A stretch of DNA of 64,000 bases from a virus (Duplodnaviria > Caudoviricetes): IMG/VR virus record IMGVR_UViG_2657245709_000001, positions 10,096-74,095 of that record. One strand, written 5' to 3'. The notes under the pieces are model-generated. The model was not told the origin of the DNA. It was given only the letters and a program-made list of their open reading frames with translations, and searched no databases. This document shows positions 19,840 to 28,535 of this stretch, one piece after another. Position 1 is the stretch's first letter. The number at the start of each line of letters is the position of its first letter. The translations under genes were made by a program, and so were the position numbers.

Positions 19840-20436
19840 CTAGACCGCCCGCAGGTGACGGGCGGCAACCGCCTTGGCCGCCGACGCCTCCGGGCCGGTG
19901 ACGCCGGCGTGCGCGAGCGCGGCCTCGATCGCGCCGATCACGACGGTCGCCTGCTGCTCGCTGATCGCCGCCAGCCGCTCGTCGATCCGCAGCCGCCCGA
20001 TCGTGCCCAGCACGTTCACGCACCGGTCCAGCGCCCGCTCGTACAGGGCGACCTCCGAGCGGAGCTGTTCAGCACGCTTGTCGTCGGTGTACCGGATCTG
20101 CTGGAGCTCGTTGACGCGGTCGGCGAGGGCGTCCTTCCACGCGATGACCTGCCCGGCGAGCTGGGAGAGCGCGGTGAGCGGGTTCTCCACGGCCGGGACG
20201 TCCAGGCGGGCCAGCGCGCGGCGGGTATCCGCCTCCAGACGCTCCTCGGCAACACGGCGCTCCCCGGCCGCGCGGTTCTGGCGGGCGGCGCCGCCGTGGA
20301 CCCGGCAGACCGTCTGCCCTTTGAGCGCCCAGGCCTGGCAGCGCTCGCCTTTCTCGCCGTTCTTGCCCTTCTTGTGGGCGGTGCAGCGCCTCTTCTCCGT
20401 CGGGGCGCGGAGGTTGCCGGTGAGGTTGGCCATCAC
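19840..20436 (-). CDS. terS: Terminase small subunit (HGG-motif type)
   Basis: 'C...C...CRVHGG' N-terminus followed by a coiled coil, immediately upstream of terL. Confidence 0.75.
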   Translation of the reverse strand: MMANLTGNLRAPTEKRRCTAHKKGKNGEKGERCQAWALKGQTVCRVHGGAARQNRAAGERRVAEERLEADTRRALARLDVPAVENPLTALSQLAGQVIAWKDALADRVNELQQIRYTDDKRAEQLRSEVALYERALDRCVNVLGTIGRLRIDERLAAISEQQATVVIGAIEAALAHAGVTGPEASAAKAVAARHLRAV

Positions 20437-20915
20437 TGGCCTGCCGGCATCCAGTGGTCCGGCAGCTCCACCAGCGGCGCCACTTCCAGGGGGGACGTGG
20501 GCAGTTGCTTCGGGGTGCAGTCGCAGTCCGGCAGGTCCGCTTCGTTCGGTGCGGTGCAGCCGCTCTGGTGGATGCGCGCGGCGGCCTCGAGGCTGATGGC
20601 GTGCTGGGCACAGGCGTATACGGCAACGAGGACGTCGTCGGCGGTCGGCAGCGGTCCGAAGTCGGGGGCAGGCTGCGAGAGCTTGACGGCCTCCGCGCGG
20701 CGCTTCTCTTCGAGGCCGCGGACGTCGGCCAGCTCGCTGTCGGTGGGGCGGCGCTGCCAGGAGACGACCGCTCGACGGCGGCAGGTGCCGCAGCCGTGGC
20801 CAGAAGTCCCCGGTTCCTGCAGCGAATCCGGGGCCGGGGAAGCGGTGGCGGGCCCGGGTGCTCCTTCGGCGGTCTGCGGTACGGGATCGGGCTGCGGCGG
20901 GCTGAGGGTGTCCAC
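20433..20915 (-). CDS. Hypothetical Cys/His-rich protein
   Basis: GAGGAGG RBS; 4-bp overlap with terS. Confidence 0.65.
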   Translation of the reverse strand: MDTLSPPQPDPVPQTAEGAPGPATASPAPDSLQEPGTSGHGCGTCRRRAVVSWQRRPTDSELADVRGLEEKRRAEAVKLSQPAPDFGPLPTADDVLVAVYACAQHAISLEAAARIHQSGCTAPNEADLPDCDCTPKQLPTSPLEVAPLVELPDHWMPAGQ

Positions 20916-20941
20916 GTCGCCTCCTCTGGGTTCGGTGTCGG

Positions 20942-21262
20942 TTAGGTGACGGTGAGCTGCCCGAGAGGAATCACGGGCTGCTCGGGGGTGTCGGTGATGC
21001 GGATGAAAACTGCGTACCGGCCTCGGCTAAGGACGGGCCCCGGGCTGCCGGGGCCTACGAGGACCTGCGCCCGGTAGGTGTTGGTGCCGGGGATGGGATT
21101 GGTGCCGTCCCAGCCGCCCGTGTACCAGGTCGTGGGGCGCCCGCCGACGGCCGTGAACGCGAACTCCACTACATCGACAGTGGGGTTGTAGGGCTGCCCC
21201 TGGGAGGTGACGGTCACCTCTGCGCCGATGTACTCCCGGCTGTCGCGGTCGATGGTCTGCAC
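20942..21262 (-). CDS. Small Ig-like beta-sandwich virion protein
   Basis: 106 aa, 'GRYAVFIRITDTPEQPVI...LTV' resembles BppU-N-like Ig domains. Confidence 0.6.
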   Translation of the reverse strand: MQTIDRDSREYIGAEVTVTSQGQPYNPTVDVVEFAFTAVGGRPTTWYTGGWDGTNPIPGTNTYRAQVLVGPGSPGPVLSRGRYAVFIRITDTPEQPVIPLGQLTVT

Positions 21263-21277
21263 CCGGCACCCCTTCGT

Positions 21278-23860
21278 CTACTCATCGACGCGCCAGCGGC
21301 TGCCGGTGAACCTGATCCGCCATCGGGTAACGCCCTCCTGCGCCGCCCACCGGCGCAGCGGCCCTGTCACCGTGACGGCCAGGTCCCTCAGCGCCCGAAC
21401 GGTCTGCCACGCCCCGTACACGGCCGCGATCGCACCGGCCTCCAGGAGCAGCGCCGCGCCCCGCGACAGGCTGGTCTCCGTGCGGGCGGCAGCCGAGGAA
21501 CTGGCTGTGCGTGCCGCGCGGCGCTGCAGCACCGCGGCGCAGAGCGCGTCGGCGCGCGCTGTCAGCGCTGCGGCGCGGGCCAGCCCGGCCGTGGTTGCGG
21601 CGGAGGCCAGTTGGACTGCCGCGGCACGGCGCAGCAGAACAGCACTCGCGACGGAGGCCGCCTGAAGGGTGATCGTCAGTGCCGAGCTCACCGTCCGGAT
21701 GCTCGCGGCCGCCGCGGCGGCTGCAGCGGCGGCGCGCGCGACCGAGCGGGAAAGCGCACCGAGCCCGGAGGCTGCGGCCGAGCGCACGGTGGCGACACCA
21801 CGACGCACAGCAGCGCCTGCGTGAACGGCAGTTGGGGCCACGATCCCGGCGCGGCGCGTCACGAAGGCGGTCGCGCTGCCGGTGGCGGTGAGGGGCCGGG
21901 CAAGCGTGCGCGCGGTGCTCGCGGTGCTGGTGGCACCGGTCGTCAGGGTGAGGAGCGTGCCGCGGCCGAGGGCCAGGGCGCGGGCGGCCACGCCGGAGGT
22001 CGCCAGGAGCAGGAAGAGCGCGGCGCCCGCCGACAGGACCGGTGTCCCGGAGGCCGCAGTCCGCAGCGCGAGCGCGACGAGGCGGCCGGACGCTCCGGCG
22101 CCGGTGCCTGCAGACGCGAAGGTCGGGCGCGCCGTACGGATGACGGCGGCCGTTCCGGTCGTGCCGGTGGCCTTGGTGCCGCCCAGGGCCCGGCGCACTG
22201 CGCCGGAGGCGAAGGCGGCCGTGGAGAGGACGAGGAGCGACGCCCGGCCGGGCACGGCTGCTGCCGTTCCGGTGCCGGACACCCGCAGGGCAACGCCGGC
22301 CCAACGGGACAGAGCTGCTGACGTGCTGCTGGGCGCTGCGAGGACGACGGTGAGCAGGCGGGTGGCCGAGCTGCCCACGGTGGCGACGGCGGCGAAGGCG
22401 CGCGCTCGCGCCGCCGACACGACGGTGGAGGCCGACGCCGCGGCGGAGAGCGGCAGCGCCCGGGCGCCCGCTCGGGCGAGAACTCCCAGCCCTGCCGCGG
22501 GAGCCGTGTAGGTGGCGATGACGGCGCGACCGACCTGCGACGCCGCGAGCCCGATGATCGCCGCCGAGCAGACCCGGCCGACCGTACGGCGCAGGGCTGC
22601 CGCGCCCGCCACGCTCGCCGTGTACGCGGCGAACAGCGCCCGGGTGAGCAGCACCGAGCAGCCGGCGGTGGCCGCGCTGGTCCAGGTGCGGGAGACGCCC
22701 CGCCGCAGGGAGGCGGCACTGCCCGCGCTCGAGCTGTAGCTGCGCGGCAGGGACCGGCCGCTGGTACCCGCACCGGACGCTGCCGCAGACAGACGCACCC
22801 CAGTCGCCCGGGTCAGGCCCCCGACCGCGCTCCGGGCGGATGCTGCGGTTGTCGTGAGGCCGCGCCGCAGCCCGGGAGTGGCCGCGACCGGCTGCGCGAG
22901 CACCCGGCCGATCCCCCGGCGCAGCACCGTTCCCGCCGCGACCGGCTGTGCGAGGGCGCGGACGAGGCTTCTGCCGAGCTCGGTTCCGGCGGTCACGGCG
23001 GCGGTGAGGACGAGCGTCTGCACGAGACGGACGGCCAGCGCCCGGGCGGACACCGCGGTCGCCGCCAGCACCACGGCGCCGGCGCGCCGCGCGGTGCCTG
23101 TGGCTGCGGCACCGGCCGTGCGGAGCAGGCCGGCCCGGCGCTGGAGAACGGGCGCCCCCGTCCCGCTGCCGGACTGGCGAACACCTGCCCCGCGGACCAC
23201 CTTGCTCATTCCTGCGGAGGGCGTGGTGAGGGTCACGGCTCCAATGGCGCTGACGAGGACCCCGAGGGTCGCCGAGTTGCCCGCCGGGCTCTGCGTGCAG
23301 GCGGGCGTGGATGTGCTGGTGACAGCGGGGTTCCAGATGACCGCGTTGCCCGCGCCCGTGACGGTGTACGTGAAGCCCGGGGTGGATCCGGCCGCGCTGG
23401 TGTTGCTGACGTACGCGTACCCGACGTAGAGGCGTGCACCGGCGGTCGGGGTGAGAGCGGGGAAGGTGATCGCGGTGTTGCTGGTGGCGACGGTGTTCCC
23501 GCCGGTGCCGTCGGCCGCCCACACGGTGGAGGCGAGGCTCGAGGTGAACTGCTCGGCGCAGAGCTCGGTCGCGGTCAGCATCACGCTCGAGCTGAACGTG
23601 ATGCTGACGGTGGTCGAGGCGGTCCCGGTGATGGTGCCTAGCCACCACTCAATCGTGCCGTTGACCGTGGCCTCGGACACGGAAGCGATCCGGGTCCAGG
23701 TCGTTGGCCCGCCGCCGGTCACGCTCGCCACGGTGACGGTGCGGTCGGCGACGCGCACGGCCAGGAGCCACGCGTTGCCGACGGTCGGGCCGGAGACCGT
23801 CAGGGTGGTGACGCCCGTGCCCCGGGCCGTCTGGAGGGACCCGACAGCGGTAATCGACAC
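21278..23860 (-). CDS. Putative fibre protein: globular N-terminal beta domain plus long ~18-aa Ala/Arg/Gly repeats
   Basis: 860-aa ORF with RBS; repeats such as PVAAGTVLRRGIGRVLAQ. Confidence 0.65.
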   Translation of the reverse strand: MSITAVGSLQTARGTGVTTLTVSGPTVGNAWLLAVRVADRTVTVASVTGGGPTTWTRIASVSEATVNGTIEWWLGTITGTASTTVSITFSSSVMLTATELCAEQFTSSLASTVWAADGTGGNTVATSNTAITFPALTPTAGARLYVGYAYVSNTSAAGSTPGFTYTVTGAGNAVIWNPAVTSTSTPACTQSPAGNSATLGVLVSAIGAVTLTTPSAGMSKVVRGAGVRQSGSGTGAPVLQRRAGLLRTAGAAATGTARRAGAVVLAATAVSARALAVRLVQTLVLTAAVTAGTELGRSLVRALAQPVAAGTVLRRGIGRVLAQPVAATPGLRRGLTTTAASARSAVGGLTRATGVRLSAAASGAGTSGRSLPRSYSSSAGSAASLRRGVSRTWTSAATAGCSVLLTRALFAAYTASVAGAAALRRTVGRVCSAAIIGLAASQVGRAVIATYTAPAAGLGVLARAGARALPLSAAASASTVVSAARARAFAAVATVGSSATRLLTVVLAAPSSTSAALSRWAGVALRVSGTGTAAAVPGRASLLVLSTAAFASGAVRRALGGTKATGTTGTAAVIRTARPTFASAGTGAGASGRLVALALRTAASGTPVLSAGAALFLLLATSGVAARALALGRGTLLTLTTGATSTASTARTLARPLTATGSATAFVTRRAGIVAPTAVHAGAAVRRGVATVRSAAASGLGALSRSVARAAAAAAAAAASIRTVSSALTITLQAASVASAVLLRRAAAVQLASAATTAGLARAAALTARADALCAAVLQRRAARTASSSAAARTETSLSRGAALLLEAGAIAAVYGAWQTVRALRDLAVTVTGPLRRWAAQEGVTRWRIRFTGSRWRVDE

Positions 23861-23894
23861 CGGGCGCCCTTTCAGCCGGCCGGACTGCTCAGGG

Positions 23895-24533
23895 TCAGGA
23901 GAACGACAGCTTCGTCGTCGCGGTGAGGCTGTCGCCGGAGTTGAGTGCGAGCCCGGTGAACGACGCGTGGAGCAGGAGCGAGCCGTTCGCGATGGCCGTG
24001 GAGCCGGGGGTGTTTCCGCCGGTGACGACCGCGCCGCTGGAGTGGGTGGCGGCGGTGGAGCCGTTGACGCCGCGGGTGACCGTCCACGTGGTGGTGCCCT
24101 GGCCGGCGGTTACGGTCATGACCTCCCCGTCGACCTGGATGTTGTAGTTACCCGAGCCGGGGAAACCCGAGGCGGACGCCACCGTCAGGGAGGTCGAGCT
24201 GGTCGAGGCGATCGCGGCGGACAGGGTCGTCGCGGCGGGCTTCGACGCGGAGTCGGACAGGAACGTTTCGGTGATGGTCTGACCGGATGCGGAGGTCAGG
24301 GTGCCCACGACCTGGTAGGTGTCGTTCGTCGAGGTCGTCGTCACCAGCGAACTCGTGCCCGCTACCCGGGATTCGGCGGCCTCGGCGAAGGGGGCGACGT
24401 CCGAGGCCGCGGCGGTCGGGGTGCCGATCCCCCAGCCGAGGTTCTTCGGCTCGGCCTGGGTGGGCGAGGTACCGATCAGGCGGCCGGCCACGATCTCCCG
24501 GCCCTTGGCGGTGAACACGACGGTCGTGGGCAT
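23895..24533 (-). CDS. Putative fibre-base/decoration structural protein
   Basis: ATG 24533 with GGAGGAG RBS; 'VFTAKGR', 'GWGIGT', 'TITE', 'F..LALNSGDSL..T' tail-collar-like motifs. Confidence 0.7.
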   Translation of the reverse strand: MPTTVVFTAKGREIVAGRLIGTSPTQAEPKNLGWGIGTPTAAASDVAPFAEAAESRVAGTSSLVTTTSTNDTYQVVGTLTSASGQTITETFLSDSASKPAATTLSAAIASTSSTSLTVASASGFPGSGNYNIQVDGEVMTVTAGQGTTTWTVTRGVNGSTAATHSSGAVVTGGNTPGSTAIANGSLLLHASFTGLALNSGDSLTATTKLSFS

Positions 24534-24535
24534 GC

Positions 24536-24748
24536 CTACTCCTCCTGGGTGCTGGCGGACTGGGCCGCGCGGTTGGCCGCTCTGGCGCGGCGGTTGAAGC
24601 GGCGCTGGCCCCACACCCGCCACCAGGCGCGGCGCAGCGGGTTGCGATGCCAGTACACGCCGGTGCCGATGTCGACCGTGGTGCCGTCGGCGCGGGTGAT
24701 CACGAAGTCCTGCGAGGCGGACTTGTGTGCCTTCGCGTTCTCGCTCAC
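24536..24748 (-). CDS. Small hypothetical protein
   Basis: Coupled to neighbours; 'VITRADGTTVDIG...YWHRNPL'. Confidence 0.65.
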   Translation of the reverse strand: MSENAKAHKSASQDFVITRADGTTVDIGTGVYWHRNPLRRAWWRVWGQRRFNRRARAANRAAQSASTQEE

Positions 24749-25062
24749 CCGTGGCCGCTCTCCGGCTGGTCACCCGCGGCGCGGGCGGCGGCGTGCTCGG
24801 CGCGGATCTCGGCGAGGCACTCGGTGTACGGGCGGCCGGTGGCCGCCTGCCGCTCCCGGGCAAGCCGCTTCACCTTCGCGTTGTTCTTCGGCACGGTCCC
24901 CTCCTGCTGCGCTCGCGTGGCCCGTTCCTTCTGCCGGGCTGCGGCCTTGCGCTGCCCGCAGACCGGCTCCTTCACCGGCCCGTCCAGGAGCCGCTTGACA
25001 ACCTCCCGCTGCCGACGGCGCCGCTCAGCACGCCCGAACTTCGGCTGCTCCGGCATCAGCAC
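24745..25062 (-). CDS. Small basic protein (start may be GTG 24894)
   Basis: 'KRLARERQAATGRPYT' motif; GGAGG RBS before 24894. Confidence 0.55.
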   Translation of the reverse strand: MLMPEQPKFGRAERRRRQREVVKRLLDGPVKEPVCGQRKAAARQKERATRAQQEGTVPKNNAKVKRLARERQAATGRPYTECLAEIRAEHAAARAAGDQPESGHG

Positions 25063-25370
25063 CTCCCAGGCCGTGGGGAGCAGAAGGCTTCCGCCGCGCC
25101 CCGGGCCAGACCGAGCGCGAACTCAGCGGATTCTGGTGGTCGTTGGACGTGCACGACCACGTTCTGACCCGCGTCCTGGGGGTGCCCGGGAACGGCGACC
25201 GCCTCGAGGTGCGCGGTGCGGACGTGGGCTTTCAGCGGGTCGGCATCCACGGTGAGCGGCACGTACGGGCGCCCTGCGTTCGTCTCTACGTGGCCCGCCG
25301 ACAGCGGGAGGTCGACGGGGGTTCCGCAGATCGGGCAGTCGACCGGGATCTTGGCGAGCAATGCAGTCAT
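25056..25370 (-). CDS. Hypothetical protein with CxxC...HxxxxH
   Basis: MTALLAKIPVDCPICG; operon packing. Confidence 0.55.
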   Translation of the reverse strand: MTALLAKIPVDCPICGTPVDLPLSAGHVETNAGRPYVPLTVDADPLKAHVRTAHLEAVAVPGHPQDAGQNVVVHVQRPPESAEFALGLARGAAEAFCSPRPGRC

Positions 25371-25371
25371 C

Positions 25372-25710
25372 TCAGGCCTCCGGAGCTGGCGTTGGCCACG
25401 CCCAGGTGCCGTCGGTGTCACCGTTGATGACGTGCTCGGCCCAGTACACGTCGGGGCCGTCCAGGAGCACCTTGAGGTTGACTGCGCCGGCCGCGCTGCC
25501 TGCGCGGACCACGATGGCCGGAAGCAGTTGGCCGGTGCGGACGTGCGGGGCGCGGGTCGGTGTGGCGGCGCGCTGTCGGGCGATGGCGCGGACGTCGGCG
25601 TGGCTGAGGCGGTAGAGAACCTGGCCCCCGAGTTGCGGGACGCGGGGCGGCCAGAACGTGCTGGGCCCCGGCGCGGGTGCGGGGCAGGGCTGGTCGGCGG
25701 GGTGGGACAT
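25372..25710 (-). CDS. Hypothetical phage protein
   Basis: GGAGG RBS; 'PAIVVR...VNLKVLLDG..YW...GTWAWP'. Confidence 0.7.
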   Translation of the reverse strand: MSHPADQPCPAPAPGPSTFWPPRVPQLGGQVLYRLSHADVRAIARQRAATPTRAPHVRTGQLLPAIVVRAGSAAGAVNLKVLLDGPDVYWAEHVINGDTDGTWAWPTPAPEA

Positions 25711-25719
25711 CGGGCCCTC

Positions 25720-26088
25720 CTAGGGGCGGGTGGGCGGTGCCGGTTCGACAGCGATCAGTTCAGTGACCGTGAGAAGTCCGGCGCGGGAGGGGTGGGGGTC
25801 GTGGGACATGTGGTCGGCCTCCCAGCACACGGCGTGCCGGACGCCCCGCGGTGACAGCCCCCACGCCATCCCGTACGGGCAGGGGGCGCCGTCGGGGACG
25901 GTGTAGAGGGCGTAGCCGTGGCCGTGGCAGAAGCCGACGAGCCGCTCGAGCCAGTCCTCGCCGCCGGCGGCGAAGTGCGGGACGGTGTGCAGCGGCAGCT
26001 CAAGGAGGCTGGCGACGACGGCCTGGAGGCAGTTGCCGGGGCGCCCGGCGGGGTCGTCGTGGAGGATCGTCTGGGTCACCGGTCGCAC
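25720..26088 (-). CDS. Putative papain-fold (C39-like) peptidase
   Basis: Q...GNC..A..ASLL, HAV, HDP give a candidate Cys-His-Asp triad. Confidence 0.55.
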   Translation of the reverse strand: MRPVTQTILHDDPAGRPGNCLQAVVASLLELPLHTVPHFAAGGEDWLERLVGFCHGHGYALYTVPDGAPCPYGMAWGLSPRGVRHAVCWEADHMSHDPHPSRAGLLTVTELIAVEPAPPTRP

Positions 26089-26240
26089 GTCCGCGCCCCC
26101 GATCAGTTCCGTGGTGGTGGACAGCGGCCGGTGAGGCAACGGGACTGGCCCTCGGCCACGCGGCCTCGAGGGCGCTCGCAGCGCCGAAGGGGGTGTTGAC
26201 CTCTGGGCAGAACCGCGCCCGCGGGCGGAGGCTGCGGGGG

Positions 26241-26636
26241 TCACCAGGAGCCCGTCCAGTCGCCGGGCCCGTCCCACATCGCCTCCACCGTCTGCCGGCT
26301 GCGGTGGGCGCCGCACAGGGGCCGGTAGAAGAGCAGCCCGGGGAGCGCGGCGACCTTGTCGGTCGGCTCCGCGCAGACGCCGGACGGCGTGGGGGCTTCG
26401 CAGCCCGACCAGCCCAGCACCTGCCGCTCCAAGTCCACGCGGTCGAGGAGTACTTCCCGCATGTGGGCGTACGCGCCGACAGGTGTGGGATGCCCGATGT
26501 CCCGCCACGCCTCGCTGCGCGCGCGACGGCCGCGGGGCTGGGCCATGACGCGCCTCGCTGCGTCCGCGCAGCACTCGATGTACCGGCCTGCGTACACCCA
26601 TGTCCCGGCGCGTGGCCCGGTGGCGAGCTGCTTCAC
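26241..26636 (-). CDS. Hypothetical Cys-rich protein
   Basis: GTG 26636 with AGGAG RBS. Confidence 0.6.
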   Translation of the reverse strand: MKQLATGPRAGTWVYAGRYIECCADAARRVMAQPRGRRARSEAWRDIGHPTPVGAYAHMREVLLDRVDLERQVLGWSGCEAPTPSGVCAEPTDKVAALPGLLFYRPLCGAHRSRQTVEAMWDGPGDWTGSW

Positions 26637-26689
26637 GGTGTGCTCCTGCACGGCAGCACCCCCTCGGTGGCGTGGTGGGCGTGGTGTTG

Positions 26690-26919
26690 CCCGCGCGCCC
26701 GCCCGGGCCTGCTTCACCGGAGGGCGCGCGGGAGGGGGTTCCTCACGCCGTGGGTCTGGGAGTGCCCGCGCGGTGAGGAGAAGGGTCCGCTGCCCGGGGG
26801 CGCGCCGCAGTCCCGGCGGCGTGCCCAGCGATCCGCCCAGATGCCGGTCCGGGCAGCGGAGATTGGGGGGTGGACCACCGCACGCGCGGCGACCCTCGGC
26901 GCCGTGCGTGCGGCGGTCC
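26690..26919 (-). other. Array of four long hairpins in the intergenic leader of the late genes
   Basis: Inverted repeats at 26690-26732, 26741-26778, 26786-26860 and 26872-26919. Confidence 0.55.
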
Positions 26920-26979
26920 GTCTCCCCGTACCCGCGGCTCGCAGGCGGCAGGTGCGGGAAGAGCTCGAGGGGCGGTGCT

Positions 26980-27234
26980 TCAGACGGTGGTCGTGGCCGG
27001 CATGCCGTAGGTGCGGCGGGCGCGAGCCCGGGTGGTTCGCTCGGCGCGGATCACGTCTGTTGCGCGGAAGAGGGGCTGTCCGGCGGGGGTGGTCATCGGC
27101 CGGCCACTCTCGGTCCGGGCCTGCGGCAGGTGGCCGCGATATTTCCAGTTCCGGACGGTGTTCGGCTCGACGCCGGCGGCCTCGGCCGCCTCCTGGGCCG
27201 TCCAGAGTCGGGATTGCAGGTCTGACAGGTCCAT
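26980..27234 (-). CDS. MerR-like HTH DNA-binding protein
   Basis: 'WTAQEAAEAAGVEPNTVRNWKYRGHL'; GGAGG RBS. Confidence 0.8.
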   Translation of the reverse strand: MDLSDLQSRLWTAQEAAEAAGVEPNTVRNWKYRGHLPQARTESGRPMTTPAGQPLFRATDVIRAERTTRARARRTYGMPATTTV

Positions 27235-27304
27235 CGCCGGGCCTCCGTCCGGTGTGGGAAACGTGAAAGGCCCCGCGCTGGCGAGGCCCTGGATGCGGAC
27301 ATGG

Positions 27305-27333
27305 TGATCCGGGATCAGCATCACGCGTGATGC
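27305..27333. promoter_or_regulatory. Adjacent palindromes, candidate operator/late promoter
   Basis: TGATCC-G-GGATCA (27305-27317) abutting the perfect 16-bp GCATCACGCGTGATGC (27318-27333). Confidence 0.45.
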
Positions 27334-27341
27334 GCAGGGCG

Positions 27342-28145
27342 TCAAGCAGCGGTTTCTCCGGGCGCGCCGTCCGGGTGAACCGGCGTGCGCCGTGCCGCGA
27401 GTTCGGTGGCCGCGAGTTCTTTCACGTAGTGGGCGTACTCGGCGTGGGTGAGGAGGAGGCCGCACTGGGGGTCCTGGCACTCGATGTACGGGGAGTCGTC
27501 GACGAGCCGGAGGTCTCGGGACTCGGCGAGCCACGGCCCCCCGCACCGCTTGCAGGGGGCGAATCGTTTCGCCTCGGGGGCGGTGTCGCGGCGGGTGAAG
27601 CGGGTGGCCGCCCGGTGCCAGGCGGCGATCTGCGCCGCCGGGTTCCCGGACGGCACCAGGACGCGGCCCAGGCGCCCCGGCTCGTGCGTCTCGGTCGCGC
27701 ACGGGTGTTCCTGGAGGAGCCAGACGATGTGCGCGGACAGCAGCTTGACCGTGCCGCTGGCCCAGATCCCCTCCCGCTGCCCGGTCGGCCGGACCGGCCG
27801 CTCACGGAGGCGCCGGTGGAAGGCGACGTCGGCGGCCATCTCGCCCAGGCCGCCCACGATGTGGTCGATGAGAAGGCGGGCGGCCTGCCCGGGCCACGGG
27901 GTGGTGTCCGTCGGCGCTGACGTCGTCGACGCGGTCGGCACACCGCGCTGCCCATACACCGGCTCAAGGCTGACGGCCGCAAGGAGTTCGGGCAGTTCGG
28001 CGAGGTGCCGCCGCGCGCGGTCGACGCAGCCTTCGCAGTGGACGGGTTCACCCCAGACGACGGGCATGTCCTGCCCTGCTCCGCTGCGTTCGGCACGCCG
28101 CAGGGCGGTGTTGCAGACTCCGGGGCACGGGATCGAGGCGGCCAT
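27342..28145 (-). CDS. Zinc-finger protein, candidate late-gene regulator
   Basis: Cys pairs at both ends (CPGVC, CEGC, CKRC, CQDPQC); position before the MerR-HTH and morphogenesis genes. Confidence 0.65.
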   Translation of the reverse strand: MAASIPCPGVCNTALRRAERSGAGQDMPVVWGEPVHCEGCVDRARRHLAELPELLAAVSLEPVYGQRGVPTASTTSAPTDTTPWPGQAARLLIDHIVGGLGEMAADVAFHRRLRERPVRPTGQREGIWASGTVKLLSAHIVWLLQEHPCATETHEPGRLGRVLVPSGNPAAQIAAWHRAATRFTRRDTAPEAKRFAPCKRCGGPWLAESRDLRLVDDSPYIECQDPQCGLLLTHAEYAHYVKELAATELAARRTPVHPDGAPGETAA

Positions 28146-28197
28146 GAGGTCCCCCTTCGGGCATGGGCGGGGAAGAACTGTGCGGGCTCGGGAAAGC

Positions 28198-28231
28198 GAA
28201 CTGCCCGCCTCCGTCTGGAGGCGGGCAGTTC
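28198..28231. terminator. Perfect 15-bp stem hairpin
   Basis: GAACTGCCCGCCTCC-GTCT-GGAGGCGGGCAGTTC. Confidence 0.65.
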
Positions 28232-28328
28232 ACCGTGGACTCAACTCCATGCACATGCACATGCACAGCTACCCAGGCACGCACCATGATCCTGCACCAC
28301 AAACCACCCGAATCGCAAGCAATACCGC

Positions 28329-28535
28329 CTACCGGGACCGGCACCAGCGGTGCCCGCACTCGATCAGCGCCGGATTCGTCCATGCGTGCACGAAGTCCGG
28401 CGGGCAAGCCGACGGCTCGACCTGCAACTCCTCCTCGAGCGCGCTGATCGCGGGGTACGACGGCCGGTCGTGAACCTCGCAGCGCCGAGCCGCGCGGCGC
28501 AGCAGCGCCTCCACGGGTCCGGGCAAGCCCCTCAT
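28329..28535 (-). CDS. Small hypothetical protein
   Basis: ATGA overlap with the upstream gene. Confidence 0.5.
   Translation of the reverse strand: MRGLPGPVEALLRRAARRCEVHDRPSYPAISALEEELQVEPSACPPDFVHAWTNPALIECGHRWCRSR

Noticed and set aside
28249-28473. Plus-strand His-rich peptide MHMHMHS...
   Set aside because: No clear RBS, and it runs antisense into a coupled minus-strand gene; better explained as a DNA hexamer repeat.
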